Shown: positions 7,208-15,985 of the stretch, in pieces | Position numbering within the stretch: position 1 is the stretch's first letter | Layout of the letters: every line of letters begins with the position of its first letter | Source of the DNA: Coprobacillaceae bacterium | Lineage (GTDB): Bacteria > Bacillota_I > Bacilli_A > Erysipelotrichales > Coprobacillaceae | Assembly (NCBI GenBank): GCA_963675915.1 | Contig: OY780959.1 | Location: forward strand, 1,410,001-1,442,000 | DNA length: 32,000 nucleotides | Direction: 5' to 3' | Made by a program: the position numbers and the translations under genes | The notes under the pieces: model-generated | What the model was told of the DNA's origin: nothing | The model's database searches: none | The model's input: the letters and a program-made list of their open reading frames with translations, nothing else

Positions 7208-9052
7208 TTATGATGCAAACTGCGAATTGTAGAGATCCGCATAAAAACCGTTTTGAGCCATCAGTTGATCATGGTTACCAACTTCAACTACATCACCTTC
7301 GTTAAGAACGATGATTTTCGACGCTCCCCGGATAGTTGAAAGCCGATGGGCGATAATGAAGCTGGTACGATCTTTCATCAACCGCTCCATTCCTTTTTGA
7401 ATCAGAACTTCGGTTCTGGTATCAACTGAAGAAGTAGCTTCATCGAGAATCAGAATCTTCGGATCCTTCAAAAATGCCCGGGCAATTGTCAACAACTGCT
7501 TTTGGCCTTGAGAAATATTGGAAGAATCTTCATTGATGATGGTTTCTTTGCCATCTTCCATGGTGTGAACGAAGTGATCGACATAAGCCATTTTAGCCGC
7601 TCTTTCAAGCTCTTCGTCTGTGGCACTAAGATTACCGTATTTCAGGTTCTCTTCGATTGAACCATTGAAAAGCCAAGTATCCTGCAAGACCATCCCGAAC
7701 AGATTGCGAAGATCATGATAAGAGAAGTCCTTGATGTCATGACCGTCAATCTTGATTTTACCACCGTTTAATTCATAGAAACGCATCAACAGTTTGACAA
7801 TTGTCGTCTTTCCAGCTCCGGTAGGACCGACAATCGCAATGGTCTCCCCGGCCTTGATATCCAAAGAGAAATCGTTGATGACTGTCACTTCAGGATTATA
7901 ACCGAAATGAACATTTTCAAACTTGACATGACCCTGAATGCTTTCATATTCTTCTTGAGCCATGATAGTTTTTGAAGGTTCGAGTTCCTCTTCTTCAAGG
8001 AATTCAAAGATCCGTTCCGCTGCCGCACCGGTTGACTGCAACAAACTCATCGTTTGGGCAATCTGACCCAAAGGCTGATTGATTTGGTTGACATATTGGA
8101 TGAAGGCCTGAATTCCCCCGATAGTGACGCTGCCACCATGAGCCAGATATCCTCCGATCAAGACTACAAACACATATCCGACATTACCGACGAAAGTCGA
8201 AATCGGACGCATCAAGCCTGAGAACAACTGTGATTTCCAAGCCGAGTTGTACAATTCATCATTATAGTGGTTGAACTGCTCCACCGCTTTTTTCTCGCCA
8301 TTATATGCTTTGACAATCTGATGGTTCCCGTAGATTTCTTCAACCTGACCATTGACCGAACCAAGTGACGCTTGTTGCTGTTTGAAGAACCGTTGCGAGC
8401 GTCCCATAACCAGACCGATCAGGATGAAAGTGACCGGAATGACGATTACCGCCACCAGGGTCATCTGCCATGAGATAGTCAGCATCATGATGACTACCCC
8501 GATAACCGTGATCGTCGAGTTGATAATTTGAGACAAAGCCTGGTTGAGGGTCTGAGCCATGGTATCGACGTCATTGGTTACCCGTGACAGAGTATCTCCC
8601 AGCGAATGAGTATCAAAGTATTTTAAGGGCATCCGTTCAACTTTATCATTGATTTCGTTACGGAGATTGAATGATACCTTTTGGGCAACATCAGTCACGA
8701 TCCAGCCTTGGATAAAACTAAATACCATGGAAATTACATATAGGCCTGCCAAAAGCAGGACAATTTCAAGGATCCGATCAAAATCGATTCCTCCGGTACC
8801 CTGAACTTTGGCCATAATCCCTGAAACCATCTCATCAGTTGCCTGAGCCAAGATTTTCGGTCCGACGATGTTGAAGATTGTCGCAATAATCCCGAAAATA
8901 ATAACTACCAACAGCCGCATGCGATATGGTCTTAAATAATTGAATACTTTAGTCAAGGCGACCTTGAGGTTTTTAGCTTTTTCCCCATTGCCCATGCCAT
9001 GCATTCCGCCAGGTCCACGGCGTTGAGGTCCTCTTCTTTGATTATCTGCCAT
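7208..9052 (-). CDS. ABC exporter half-transporter (TMD-NBD), catalytically competent NBD with a degenerate signature motif
   Basis: Six-TM ABC_membrane region followed by an NBD with Walker A GPTGAGKTT, Walker B ILILDE, H-loop IIAHRLST, and signature ISQGQ instead of LSGGQ. The start was set to the ATG at 9052 (MADNQRRG...), 9 nt after AAGGAGG. The track start at 9058 is a TTG. Overlaps the upstream gene by 11 nt. Confidence 0.85.
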   Translation of the reverse strand: MADNQRRGPQRRGPGGMHGMGNGEKAKNLKVALTKVFNYLRPYRMRLLVVIIFGIIATIFNIVGPKILAQATDEMVSGIMAKVQGTGGIDFDRILEIVLLLAGLYVISMVFSFIQGWIVTDVAQKVSFNLRNEINDKVERMPLKYFDTHSLGDTLSRVTNDVDTMAQTLNQALSQIINSTITVIGVVIMMLTISWQMTLVAVIVIPVTFILIGLVMGRSQRFFKQQQASLGSVNGQVEEIYGNHQIVKAYNGEKKAVEQFNHYNDELYNSAWKSQLFSGLMRPISTFVGNVGYVFVVLIGGYLAHGGSVTIGGIQAFIQYVNQINQPLGQIAQTMSLLQSTGAAAERIFEFLEEEELEPSKTIMAQEEYESIQGHVKFENVHFGYNPEVTVINDFSLDIKAGETIAIVGPTGAGKTTIVKLLMRFYELNGGKIKIDGHDIKDFSYHDLRNLFGMVLQDTWLFNGSIEENLKYGNLSATDEELERAAKMAYVDHFVHTMEDGKETIINEDSSNISQGQKQLLTIARAFLKDPKILILDEATSSVDTRTEVLIQKGMERLMKDRTSFIIAHRLSTIRGASKIIVLNEGDVVEVGNHDQLMAQNGFYADLYNSQFAS

Positions 9053-11258
9053 GTTCAAGTTCCTCCTTAGACAATTGTGATTGGGCTATTTCCAAATAAA
9101 CCTGACAATCTTTCATCAGCTCATCATGAGTGCCTTTTCCGACGATTCTCCCCTCATCAAGGACAATTATCTGGTTGGCATTCATGATCGAAGCAATTCT
9201 TTGCCCGACAATCAAGATTGATGAATTTGTTTTAGCAATCATATCACCAAGACGGGAACGCAAAGTAGCATCAGTCTTAAAGTCAAGCGCCGAGAATGAA
9301 TCATCAAAGATATACAGGTCAGCTTTTTTAGCCAGGGCTCTGGCAATTGCCAGACGTTGACGCTGTCCGCCAGAGAAGTTGGTTCCGCCCTGGGAAACCG
9401 GAGCCTCGATACCTTCTTCGATTCCCGCCAGGAATTCCTTGGCTTGGGAAATCTCGATGATTTCTTCAAGTTCCTCATCAGTAATCTCAGGATTACCGTA
9501 GCTCAAATTCTCTTTTACCGTACCGGAGAACAGTTTCGCATTTTGCGGCACCAGACCGATAACTTCGCGAAGATCATGTTGGGACACTTCTTTGACGTCA
9601 ATTCCGTTGACTTTGACGCTGCCGCTGGTAGCTTCAAGCAATCGGGGAATCAAATTGATCAGGGTGGTCTTACCAGAACCGGTTGAACCGATTATTGCGG
9701 TAACCTCGCCCGGATTGGCCTCAAAGGTGATATCACAGATGACCGGTTCAGTCGCATGAGGATAAGCATAACTTACTTGATTGAACTCCAGTTTTCCCCG
9801 TTCACTGTTTTGGAATGATTTTGCTGTGATTGGATCTTTGACCACGATTTCAGTTTCCAGAACTTCGCTGATCCTTCGTGCGGCTACTGATGCTCTTGGG
9901 ACCATGAAGAAAATCATTCCCAACATCAAGAAGGACATCAAAATCATCATCGCATATTGAACGAATGCCATTACCTGACCGATGGCAATCGAGCCGCTGT
10001 CAACCTGCTGAGAACCAAAGAAGATTACCAATAGCACGGTGACATTGAACAGAAACATCATGATTGGCATCATGGTAACCATTACCCGGTTGACGAAAAT
10101 GTTGACATCAAGGAGATCCTTGTTGGCTGCCTCGAATCTTTCTTTGGAAACTTGTTCATTCCCAAACGCTCTGATTACCAGGATTCCGCTGAGGTTTTCC
10201 CGCATAACCAGATTCAAGCGGTCAACCAGTCGTTGCACCAGCCGGAATTTAGGTACCACCACAGCAAACATCAAGCCGATGACCACCAGCAGGATGACCA
10301 TTACCATCCAGACAATCCAAGTCATTGAAGGGGCGAAATTGATTGCCTTGACAATTGCCATGATCCCCATGATTGGAGCAAACAAGGCAATTCTTAAAAG
10401 CATTACAGTCACATTTTGAACCTGAGTGATATCATTGGTGGTTCTGGTGATCAGTGAAGCAGTCGAGAAGTTGTGGAACTCATTTTGCGAAAATTGAGCC
10501 ACCTTATCGAAAACCGCCTTACGGACATCACGGGCAACCCCGGCTCCGACTTTGGCCGCAAAATAACCGCCGGCAATCGTAGCTACCGATACCACCAATG
10601 CCACGATCAACATTTCAATCCCTTTGTCGATTACATAGTTCGATTGGATCGATGAAGCATCGGCCCCCAAAGATACATAGATATCCAGGACCGCACTGCT
10701 GGTAGCGATTGAAAGGGTTGATTCCCCCATTTGGGAAAGGTTTTCCTCAATCTGCCCCAGAATCTCCGCCTTTTGGGCAGCTGGCATCAGCGCAAACATC
10801 TGGTAGGCATCCATGCCTTCAGGAATTTCCAGGTAATCATTGCCGCCGGTATTCCCGCTATCAATCATATTGACGATAATCAGCGGCATTTCCAGTTGCG
10901 TTGCCATTCGGGTTTCGCGTTCCCCGTTTTCACTTGAAACGGGAACATATTCGTATCCTTCAGTGAAATCCGGATATTTGGCTGCCGCCGCTTCAGTGAG
11001 GTCCTCCCTGGTGAGATAACGGTAATCATGGACGAACTCGGTTGAGTCTTCCAAAAAGACCAGCAGATGTTCGTACGTTTCAGTGGAGATGATTTCCGGA
11101 ATCACATCCTCATTCCCCCCTGATTGGACCCCGATTGTCACGATATTGGACATTCTGTCGGGCAATTCCAACTGACCTTGGGCCTGCACTACCAGCAGGG
11201 CCACACAAGCCAGAATTCCCAGTAAATATTTTAAATAGAATTTTTTCAACTTTGTCAT
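9042..11258 (-). CDS. ABC exporter half-transporter (TMD-NBD) with a long extracytoplasmic insertion and a degenerate ATPase site
   Basis: 738 aa. Walker A GSTGSGKTT, signature FSGGQRQR, Walker B LYIFDD (Asp in place of the catalytic Glu), H-loop position VGQR (Gln in place of His). About 165 extra residues lie between TM1 (YLLGILACVALLVV) and TM2 (MLIVALVVSVATIAGG). Confidence 0.85.
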   Translation of the reverse strand: MTKLKKFYLKYLLGILACVALLVVQAQGQLELPDRMSNIVTIGVQSGGNEDVIPEIISTETYEHLLVFLEDSTEFVHDYRYLTREDLTEAAAAKYPDFTEGYEYVPVSSENGERETRMATQLEMPLIIVNMIDSGNTGGNDYLEIPEGMDAYQMFALMPAAQKAEILGQIEENLSQMGESTLSIATSSAVLDIYVSLGADASSIQSNYVIDKGIEMLIVALVVSVATIAGGYFAAKVGAGVARDVRKAVFDKVAQFSQNEFHNFSTASLITRTTNDITQVQNVTVMLLRIALFAPIMGIMAIVKAINFAPSMTWIVWMVMVILLVVIGLMFAVVVPKFRLVQRLVDRLNLVMRENLSGILVIRAFGNEQVSKERFEAANKDLLDVNIFVNRVMVTMMPIMMFLFNVTVLLVIFFGSQQVDSGSIAIGQVMAFVQYAMMILMSFLMLGMIFFMVPRASVAARRISEVLETEIVVKDPITAKSFQNSERGKLEFNQVSYAYPHATEPVICDITFEANPGEVTAIIGSTGSGKTTLINLIPRLLEATSGSVKVNGIDVKEVSQHDLREVIGLVPQNAKLFSGTVKENLSYGNPEITDEELEEIIEISQAKEFLAGIEEGIEAPVSQGGTNFSGGQRQRLAIARALAKKADLYIFDDSFSALDFKTDATLRSRLGDMIAKTNSSILIVGQRIASIMNANQIIVLDEGRIVGKGTHDELMKDCQVYLEIAQSQLSKEELEHGR

Positions 11259-11261
11259 TTT

Positions 11262-11696
11262 CTAATCCGCTTCCTTTATATTGTTTCGACATTTGGCAAC
11301 TATTTCAATCAAAGTTTCCAGTTCCTGGTCACTTAACCCCTGAAACAGTTGTTTGGACGAATTTTTGAAGATATCCCTGATTCCCAGTAGATTGGCTTTT
11401 CCGGTTTCGGTCAACTCCAGGCGATAATTCCGCTTGTCATTGTCGTCTTCAACTCTTTTTAAAAAGCCCGCCTCTTCAAGCTTCTTGATTCGCACCGACA
11501 ACGTTGCCGGCGTGATTTCCAGTTTTCGCGCCAACTGGGCCTGATTGAGATCCTTGTATTTTTCGACAATCCCCAGCAATCGGGCCTGATAGGGATTCAA
11601 ATCCGTATCCTTGAACTGGCGAATCCCATAATCCCGGAATTCCTTGGTCAGGGAATGAATATCATGAGACAACTGTTCAATCCGCTCTTCTTTCAT
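11262..11696 (-). CDS. MarR-family transcriptional regulator (first gene of the marR-ABC-ABC operon)
   Basis: wHTH LNQAQLARKLEITPATLSVRIKKLEEAGFLKRVEDDNDKRNYRLELTETG. The start was moved to the ATG at 11696 (MKEERIEQL...), preceded by AAGGAGG. Its stop is 3 nt before the ABC gene start. Confidence 0.85.
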   Translation of the reverse strand: MKEERIEQLSHDIHSLTKEFRDYGIRQFKDTDLNPYQARLLGIVEKYKDLNQAQLARKLEITPATLSVRIKKLEEAGFLKRVEDDNDKRNYRLELTETGKANLLGIRDIFKNSSKQLFQGLSDQELETLIEIVAKCRNNIKEAD

Positions 11697-11712
11697 ACGC
11701 GCCTCCTTAATA

Positions 11713-11775
11713 GTTAGTGCACTAACATTATTGATTAGTATACTAACATTATAGACCTGGTCAATCAAATGTCAA
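11713..11775 (-). promoter_or_regulatory. promoter (TTGACA-N16-TATAAT) with two palindromic operators, probably for MarR autoregulation
   Basis: -35 at 11775-11770 and -10 at 11753-11748 (minus strand). Perfect palindromes TTAGTATACTAA (11735-11746) and GTTAGTGCACTAAC (11713-11726) lie between the -10 and the RBS. Each is embedded in an 11-nt direct repeat ATAATGTTAGT, with the two copies 21 nt apart. Confidence 0.65.
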
Positions 11776-11776
11776 T

Positions 11777-11802
11777 AAAAAAATCCCGGAATTTCCGGGA
11801 TT
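11777..11802 (-). terminator. rho-independent terminator after the proBA-C_GCAxxG operon
   Basis: Minus strand reads AATCCCGG-AAATT-CCGGGATT followed by TTTTT. Confidence 0.85.
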
Positions 11803-11809
11803 GGAATGC

Positions 11810-12223
11810 TTATAAATATTTGTCAATCAGACGAACCGTTTCAAAAATCAGTTCATTGCAGGTGCTGTCTTTCAGCCGGATTTCCGGATTGACATCACCT
11901 TTAAGCTCGAAACAGTTGATTGTTCCATGCGAATCGCTGAACTCTTTGATCAAGCCTTGTACTTCCTTGTTCAAAGCGAATTTGTGATCTGGATTGGCTT
12001 CACTTACTCCTTTGATCAGACCCATCACGATTGTCGCTCCGGTCAAAACACCGCAAGCGCCACCAGTACCAGCGATTCCGCCTCCCAGTGATTCCGCTAA
12101 TTTCATCAGATCATCAAAAGGCACGTCAACCATGTCTTCATACGCTCCAATGACAGTTTGAGCACAATTGTACTTTTTTGCTCTAATTGCCATTGCTTTT
12201 TCTACTCTTTTATCTACGTTCAT
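11810..12223 (-). CDS. C_GCAxxG_C_C-family putative redox-active protein
   Basis: 137 aa with the family-typical spaced cysteines (KYNCAQTV..., GTGGACGVLTGA, INCFELK, STCNEL). Its ATG overlaps the proA stop as ATGA. Confidence 0.6.
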   Translation of the reverse strand: MNVDKRVEKAMAIRAKKYNCAQTVIGAYEDMVDVPFDDLMKLAESLGGGIAGTGGACGVLTGATIVMGLIKGVSEANPDHKFALNKEVQGLIKEFSDSHGTINCFELKGDVNPEIRLKDSTCNELIFETVRLIDKYL

Positions 12224-13464
12224 TCCCTTATTTGCCCCTTTCCATAGATTTTATATTTTGCAGAAGTCATCTCTTGAAGTCCAAGAGGTCCTCGTGCATG
12301 CAGTTTTTGAGTCGAAATTCCGACTTCGCTTCCAAATCCGAATTCGCCCCCATCCGAGAATCGAGTCGAAGCATTGTGGTAGACACAAGCCGAATCCAGC
12401 GCATTGAGGAAGTATTCCGCAGTCGCTTCGTTGGTTGTCACAATTGACTCCGAATGTTTGGTGCTGTATTGGTAAATATGTTCAATGGCTTCATTGACAT
12501 CTTCAACCACTTTGATATTGATGATATAGTCATCATATTCAGTGGCATAGTTTTTTGGTGTCGCTTTTTCACAGTCGATCAGTGACTGAACTTTTTGGTC
12601 ACCATAGATTTTGACATTATGTTTTTTGAATTCTCCGGCAACTTTCAACACGAATTCATCGGCTACATCTTTTGCAACCAACAGGGTTTCGATAGCATTA
12701 CATACCGATGGACGCTGAACTTTGGCGTTCATGGCAATTTTAAGGGCCATCTCAAGATCAGCTTCCTTGTCGACATACAGGTGACAGATTCCAGCTCCGG
12801 TTTCGATTACCGGTACTGAAGCATTCTTGACAACCGCCTGAATCAGTGATGCCGATCCCCTTGGAATAATAACATCAAGATATTCATTTGACTGCATCAG
12901 TTCATTGATCTGGCTGCGGTCACTGGTTTCAATCAGTTCGATACATCCATCCGGTAAAATGTCCTTGGTTGCTTCATTCATCAGTTTAACCAAAATCCGG
13001 TTGGAATTGATTGCTTCTTTGCCACCTTTCAAGACTGCTACATTGTTGGTTTTGATACAGATAGCCGCAATATCAACCGTCACGTTAGGACGAGATTCAT
13101 AAATGACTCCGACAGTTCCAATTGGAATCCGAACCTGTTTGATCACGATTCCATTTGGCCGTTCGATGGTTCTAATCACATCACCGATAGGATCTTGCAA
13201 GTCACGGACTTTGAGCACATCGTCAGCGATGGCGATGATTCTCTCTTCAGTCAGCAACAGTCGATCAACCATGGCATCGGAGATTCCGTTGTCTTTGGCA
13301 CAGGCGATGTCTTTCTTGTTTTCTTCAACAATCAGCGCCGTACTGGCTTTTAGTTTTTCCGCAATTTTAGTCAGCGCCAACTCTTTGGTTTTCGCTTCGC
13401 ATACCAACATGAATTTTTTGGCAGCTTTTGTTTTTTCCAGTTGTTCAATTATTTTTGCATCCAT
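12220..13464 (-). CDS. proA: gamma-glutamyl phosphate reductase
   Basis: 414 aa. Aldehyde-dehydrogenase fold with IYESRPNV, LKGGKEA, catalytic-Cys region RPSVCNAIETLLV, and C-terminal HASTRFSDGGEFGFG. Confidence 0.9.
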   Translation of the reverse strand: MDAKIIEQLEKTKAAKKFMLVCEAKTKELALTKIAEKLKASTALIVEENKKDIACAKDNGISDAMVDRLLLTEERIIAIADDVLKVRDLQDPIGDVIRTIERPNGIVIKQVRIPIGTVGVIYESRPNVTVDIAAICIKTNNVAVLKGGKEAINSNRILVKLMNEATKDILPDGCIELIETSDRSQINELMQSNEYLDVIIPRGSASLIQAVVKNASVPVIETGAGICHLYVDKEADLEMALKIAMNAKVQRPSVCNAIETLLVAKDVADEFVLKVAGEFKKHNVKIYGDQKVQSLIDCEKATPKNYATEYDDYIINIKVVEDVNEAIEHIYQYSTKHSESIVTTNEATAEYFLNALDSACVYHNASTRFSDGGEFGFGSEVGISTQKLHARGPLGLQEMTSAKYKIYGKGQIRE

Positions 13465-13468
13465 TAAT

Positions 13469-14593
13469 CTACTCCTTGTTTAAAACCAGGTTGTCAGCGT
13501 GGATAATAGTATCATAATCCTTGTAGTGCAAGACTGACTCGATCTGGTTGGTATTCAATCCCTTTATCAATTTAATTTCATCAGACGAATAATTGGTCTG
13601 ACCGCGAGCCAGGGTGTTTCCCATGGCATCGACTACTTCGACAACCGCCGACATCAAGAAATCACCTCTTACAGCGATAATCCCTTTTGGCAGCAGTGAA
13701 GTTCTTTTTAGGACAATCGCTTTGGCCGCTCCATCATCAACCACAATCGTACCTTTCGGGTGCGAACGGTGGAAAAGCCAGTGCTGACGGGCGCTGAGAG
13801 TTCTTCCGGCCTTGCCATCGAACCAGGTTCCGACATTGGCACCTTCAATCAGGTCGACAATCACGTTTTCCTGTTGACCATTGACAATCGCCATGGCACA
13901 GCCATAATCATTGACAATTTTGGCCGCCTTGATTTTGGTCACCATCCCTCCGGTTCCAACTTTGGAAACAGGATCCTTGGCCATTGATTTGATTTTGTCA
14001 TCGATCATGGCGACATTTTCAATCAGTTTGGCATCCGGATTGGTATGAGGATTATCATCATACAAACCGTCAATATCGGACACCAGCACCAGCAAGTCGG
14101 CATCCACCATCGGAGCCAAAAGGGCTGCCAGCGTATCGTTGTCACCGACCTTGATCTCATCAACCGCCAAGGTGTCGTTTTCGTTGACAATTGGGATGAC
14201 ATCGTATTCAAACATCGAATTCAAGGCATTGGTCAGATTCAGCAATCGCAGCCTTTCATCGAAATCGTCATGGTTGATTAAAACCTGGGCACATTTAAGT
14301 TCGAACAGGTCGAACAGATCTTCATAGATCTGCATCAATGATGCCTGCCCGATTGCCGCCAGGGCCTGCTTCTGGGGGACTGTTGAGGGCTTGATATCAA
14401 GGTTCAGTTTGGCCATTCCCGCCATGATTGCTCCCGAAGAAACAACAGTGACCTTGTAGCCTTTGCGTTTGATTTTCGCAATCTGGCTGATCAGCTTCAA
14501 TATTTTCTCTTTATTTATTCGATTGCAGTCATCACACAGGGATGAACTGCCGATTTTAACTACTATACTTTTAACTTTATTTAAGTCTCTCAT
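13469..14593 (-). CDS. proB: glutamate 5-kinase (with C-terminal PUA domain)
   Basis: 374 aa. VVKIGSSSL, VSSGAI, VNENDT, GDNDTLAA, GTGGMVTKIKAA, followed by a PUA-like tail. GAGG RBS lies 7 nt upstream. Confidence 0.9.
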   Translation of the reverse strand: MRDLNKVKSIVVKIGSSSLCDDCNRINKEKILKLISQIAKIKRKGYKVTVVSSGAIMAGMAKLNLDIKPSTVPQKQALAAIGQASLMQIYEDLFDLFELKCAQVLINHDDFDERLRLLNLTNALNSMFEYDVIPIVNENDTLAVDEIKVGDNDTLAALLAPMVDADLLVLVSDIDGLYDDNPHTNPDAKLIENVAMIDDKIKSMAKDPVSKVGTGGMVTKIKAAKIVNDYGCAMAIVNGQQENVIVDLIEGANVGTWFDGKAGRTLSARQHWLFHRSHPKGTIVVDDGAAKAIVLKRTSLLPKGIIAVRGDFLMSAVVEVVDAMGNTLARGQTNYSSDEIKLIKGLNTNQIESVLHYKDYDTIIHADNLVLNKE

Positions 14594-14612
14594 GATTTTA
14601 CCTCACAAGGGT

Positions 14613-14641
14613 ATTATACAAAATTTCCTAAACTAATACAA
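14613..14641 (-). promoter_or_regulatory. promoter for proBA (TTGTAT-N17-TATAAT with TG extension)
   Basis: Minus strand reads TTGTAT (14641-14636), a 17-nt spacer ending in TG, then TATAAT (14618-14613). The leader to the ATG is short. Confidence 0.6.
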
Positions 14642-14698
14642 TCTTTTGTCTAGATATCCGTAATATATCGCAGTAACGCCTGGCTTGAGTAAGAACTG

Positions 14699-14738
14699 AA
14701 AAAAAACCGGTCACCCCCTTTAATTGGGAGATACCGGC
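14699..14738 (-). terminator. rho-independent terminator after the LtrA-family gene
   Basis: Minus strand reads CCGGTATCTCCC-AATTAAA-GGGGGTGACCGG (imperfect 12-bp stem) followed by T8. Confidence 0.75.
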
Positions 14739-14746
14739 TTTAAAAA

Positions 14747-15871
14747 TCATTTGTCCGGACGAATTACCACCAGAACGGCCAGGACTGTCAAAATAACAGC
14801 TACCAGAACCAACGACCAAAGCGCCGCGAGATGATAAACTCCAAAGGCTCCCCCGGCGATAAGAACGACTGCAATGACTCTTTGCCAGGAACTGTTTTTA
14901 AACGCAAAAAATGCATACCAGACCTGGGTCATGATATAGAGAATTGCCCCCAGGCTCAACAGGATTGCCGGCAGCAAGGTGAGATGTTCGAAGGGTTCTT
15001 CAATGACTGTCCGGACTCCAACCCCAAAGAAGATCAAGGCGGTCACCACGACAATCAGACCATTGGTCATCAGCCGCCCCATCAAGATCGGATTGTCGGT
15101 TCTATTAGCCCGATGTTCGACCACCTCGTCGGCGCCCCAGAAGTACATCGCCCACATCGAAATTATTCCCGCAAAACCACAAATAGCCAATGCGATGATA
15201 AGCGGAGTCAGTTCAACTTCCCCCAGGGTCTCAGCCAGGGTGAAAACCGCCTCCCCCAAGGCGATAATCAAGAACAATCGGCTTCTTTCCAAAATGTGTT
15301 CCGCATCAAAATCAATATTTTCAGTTGTCATGACTTTTCCAGGCAGCGGATGAGCCATCCAGGTTCCCATCACATCAATCACCGCCGCTGCGCCCCAGAT
15401 TATCAGTCTGACGTGACCATTGAAAAACGCCCCGATCAGCCACAGCGGTACAGTGGCCATAATCCAGATTGCCATATTGTTGAAATGACGCTTCATCATC
15501 GCATCTTCAGCAAAGAAATTAGTGAAGAAGGCATGACTGAGCTGAATCAGGATAAAAGGCCCGACAAAATGCCAACTGTTATGGCCAAAGGCGCTCTCGA
15601 TTCCCGAAATCATAAAAATCCCCAACAGTGTTACAACTATGATCATCGCCTGGGTGGCTGGTTTTCTTACATCAATAATAGTCGCTTCGAAACTTGTATA
15701 GGCCCAAACCGTATAAATTGCTGCAATCATCACCACCATTTCCAATAGTCCGCTCACATTGAGATGATTCATCAGATGACTGGTCAGTTGCGACAAGGCG
15801 AATACCGTCACCAAATCAAAGATCAACTCCAACGGTGTAACTGGAATCATTTTTCTTTTTTTCTCTTCCAT
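14747..15871 (-). CDS. low-temperature-requirement protein A (LtrA) family integral membrane protein
   Basis: Polytopic membrane protein with the family N-terminal signature PLELIFDLVTVFALSQL. The start was moved from a TTG at 15943 to the ATG at 15871, which has AAGGGAG 9 nt upstream. Confidence 0.7.
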   Translation of the reverse strand: MEEKKRKMIPVTPLELIFDLVTVFALSQLTSHLMNHLNVSGLLEMVVMIAAIYTVWAYTSFEATIIDVRKPATQAMIIVVTLLGIFMISGIESAFGHNSWHFVGPFILIQLSHAFFTNFFAEDAMMKRHFNNMAIWIMATVPLWLIGAFFNGHVRLIIWGAAAVIDVMGTWMAHPLPGKVMTTENIDFDAEHILERSRLFLIIALGEAVFTLAETLGEVELTPLIIALAICGFAGIISMWAMYFWGADEVVEHRANRTDNPILMGRLMTNGLIVVVTALIFFGVGVRTVIEEPFEHLTLLPAILLSLGAILYIMTQVWYAFFAFKNSSWQRVIAVVLIAGGAFGVYHLAALWSLVLVAVILTVLAVLVVIRPDK

Positions 15872-15985
15872 TTCAAGATACTCCCTTTTTTCTGTTTCCC
15901 GTTGCCAATAAGTTTGCAGATTTTGCAGATTGGATCTGAGCAATCCAATTCATTAGTCAAATGGGTAACATCTTTTGATAACTTG

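Noticed and set aside
14594-14698. T-box or other long leader upstream of proBA, as in the B. subtilis proBA T-box.
   Set aside because: Only about 100 nt lie between the upstream terminator and the proB ATG, and the promoter sits about 20 nt from the RBS. There is no room for a T-box, and no specifier or T-box sequence was seen.
14831-15748. A 305-aa ORF on the + strand, plus many other 60-150-aa ORFs in the track (e.g. 4204-4647, 5326-5757, 9357-9686, 10039-10419, 13103-13483, 24837-25199, 30567-31001), lying inside or antisense to the annotated genes.
   Set aside because: They lie entirely within, mostly antisense to, genes with strong family signatures. They have odd low-complexity compositions (His/Gln/Pro/Asn/Ser-rich), lack Shine-Dalgarno sequences and promoters, and resemble nothing I recognise. 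They are typical shadow ORFs; the 305-aa one is the antisense of a hydrophobic membrane-protein gene.
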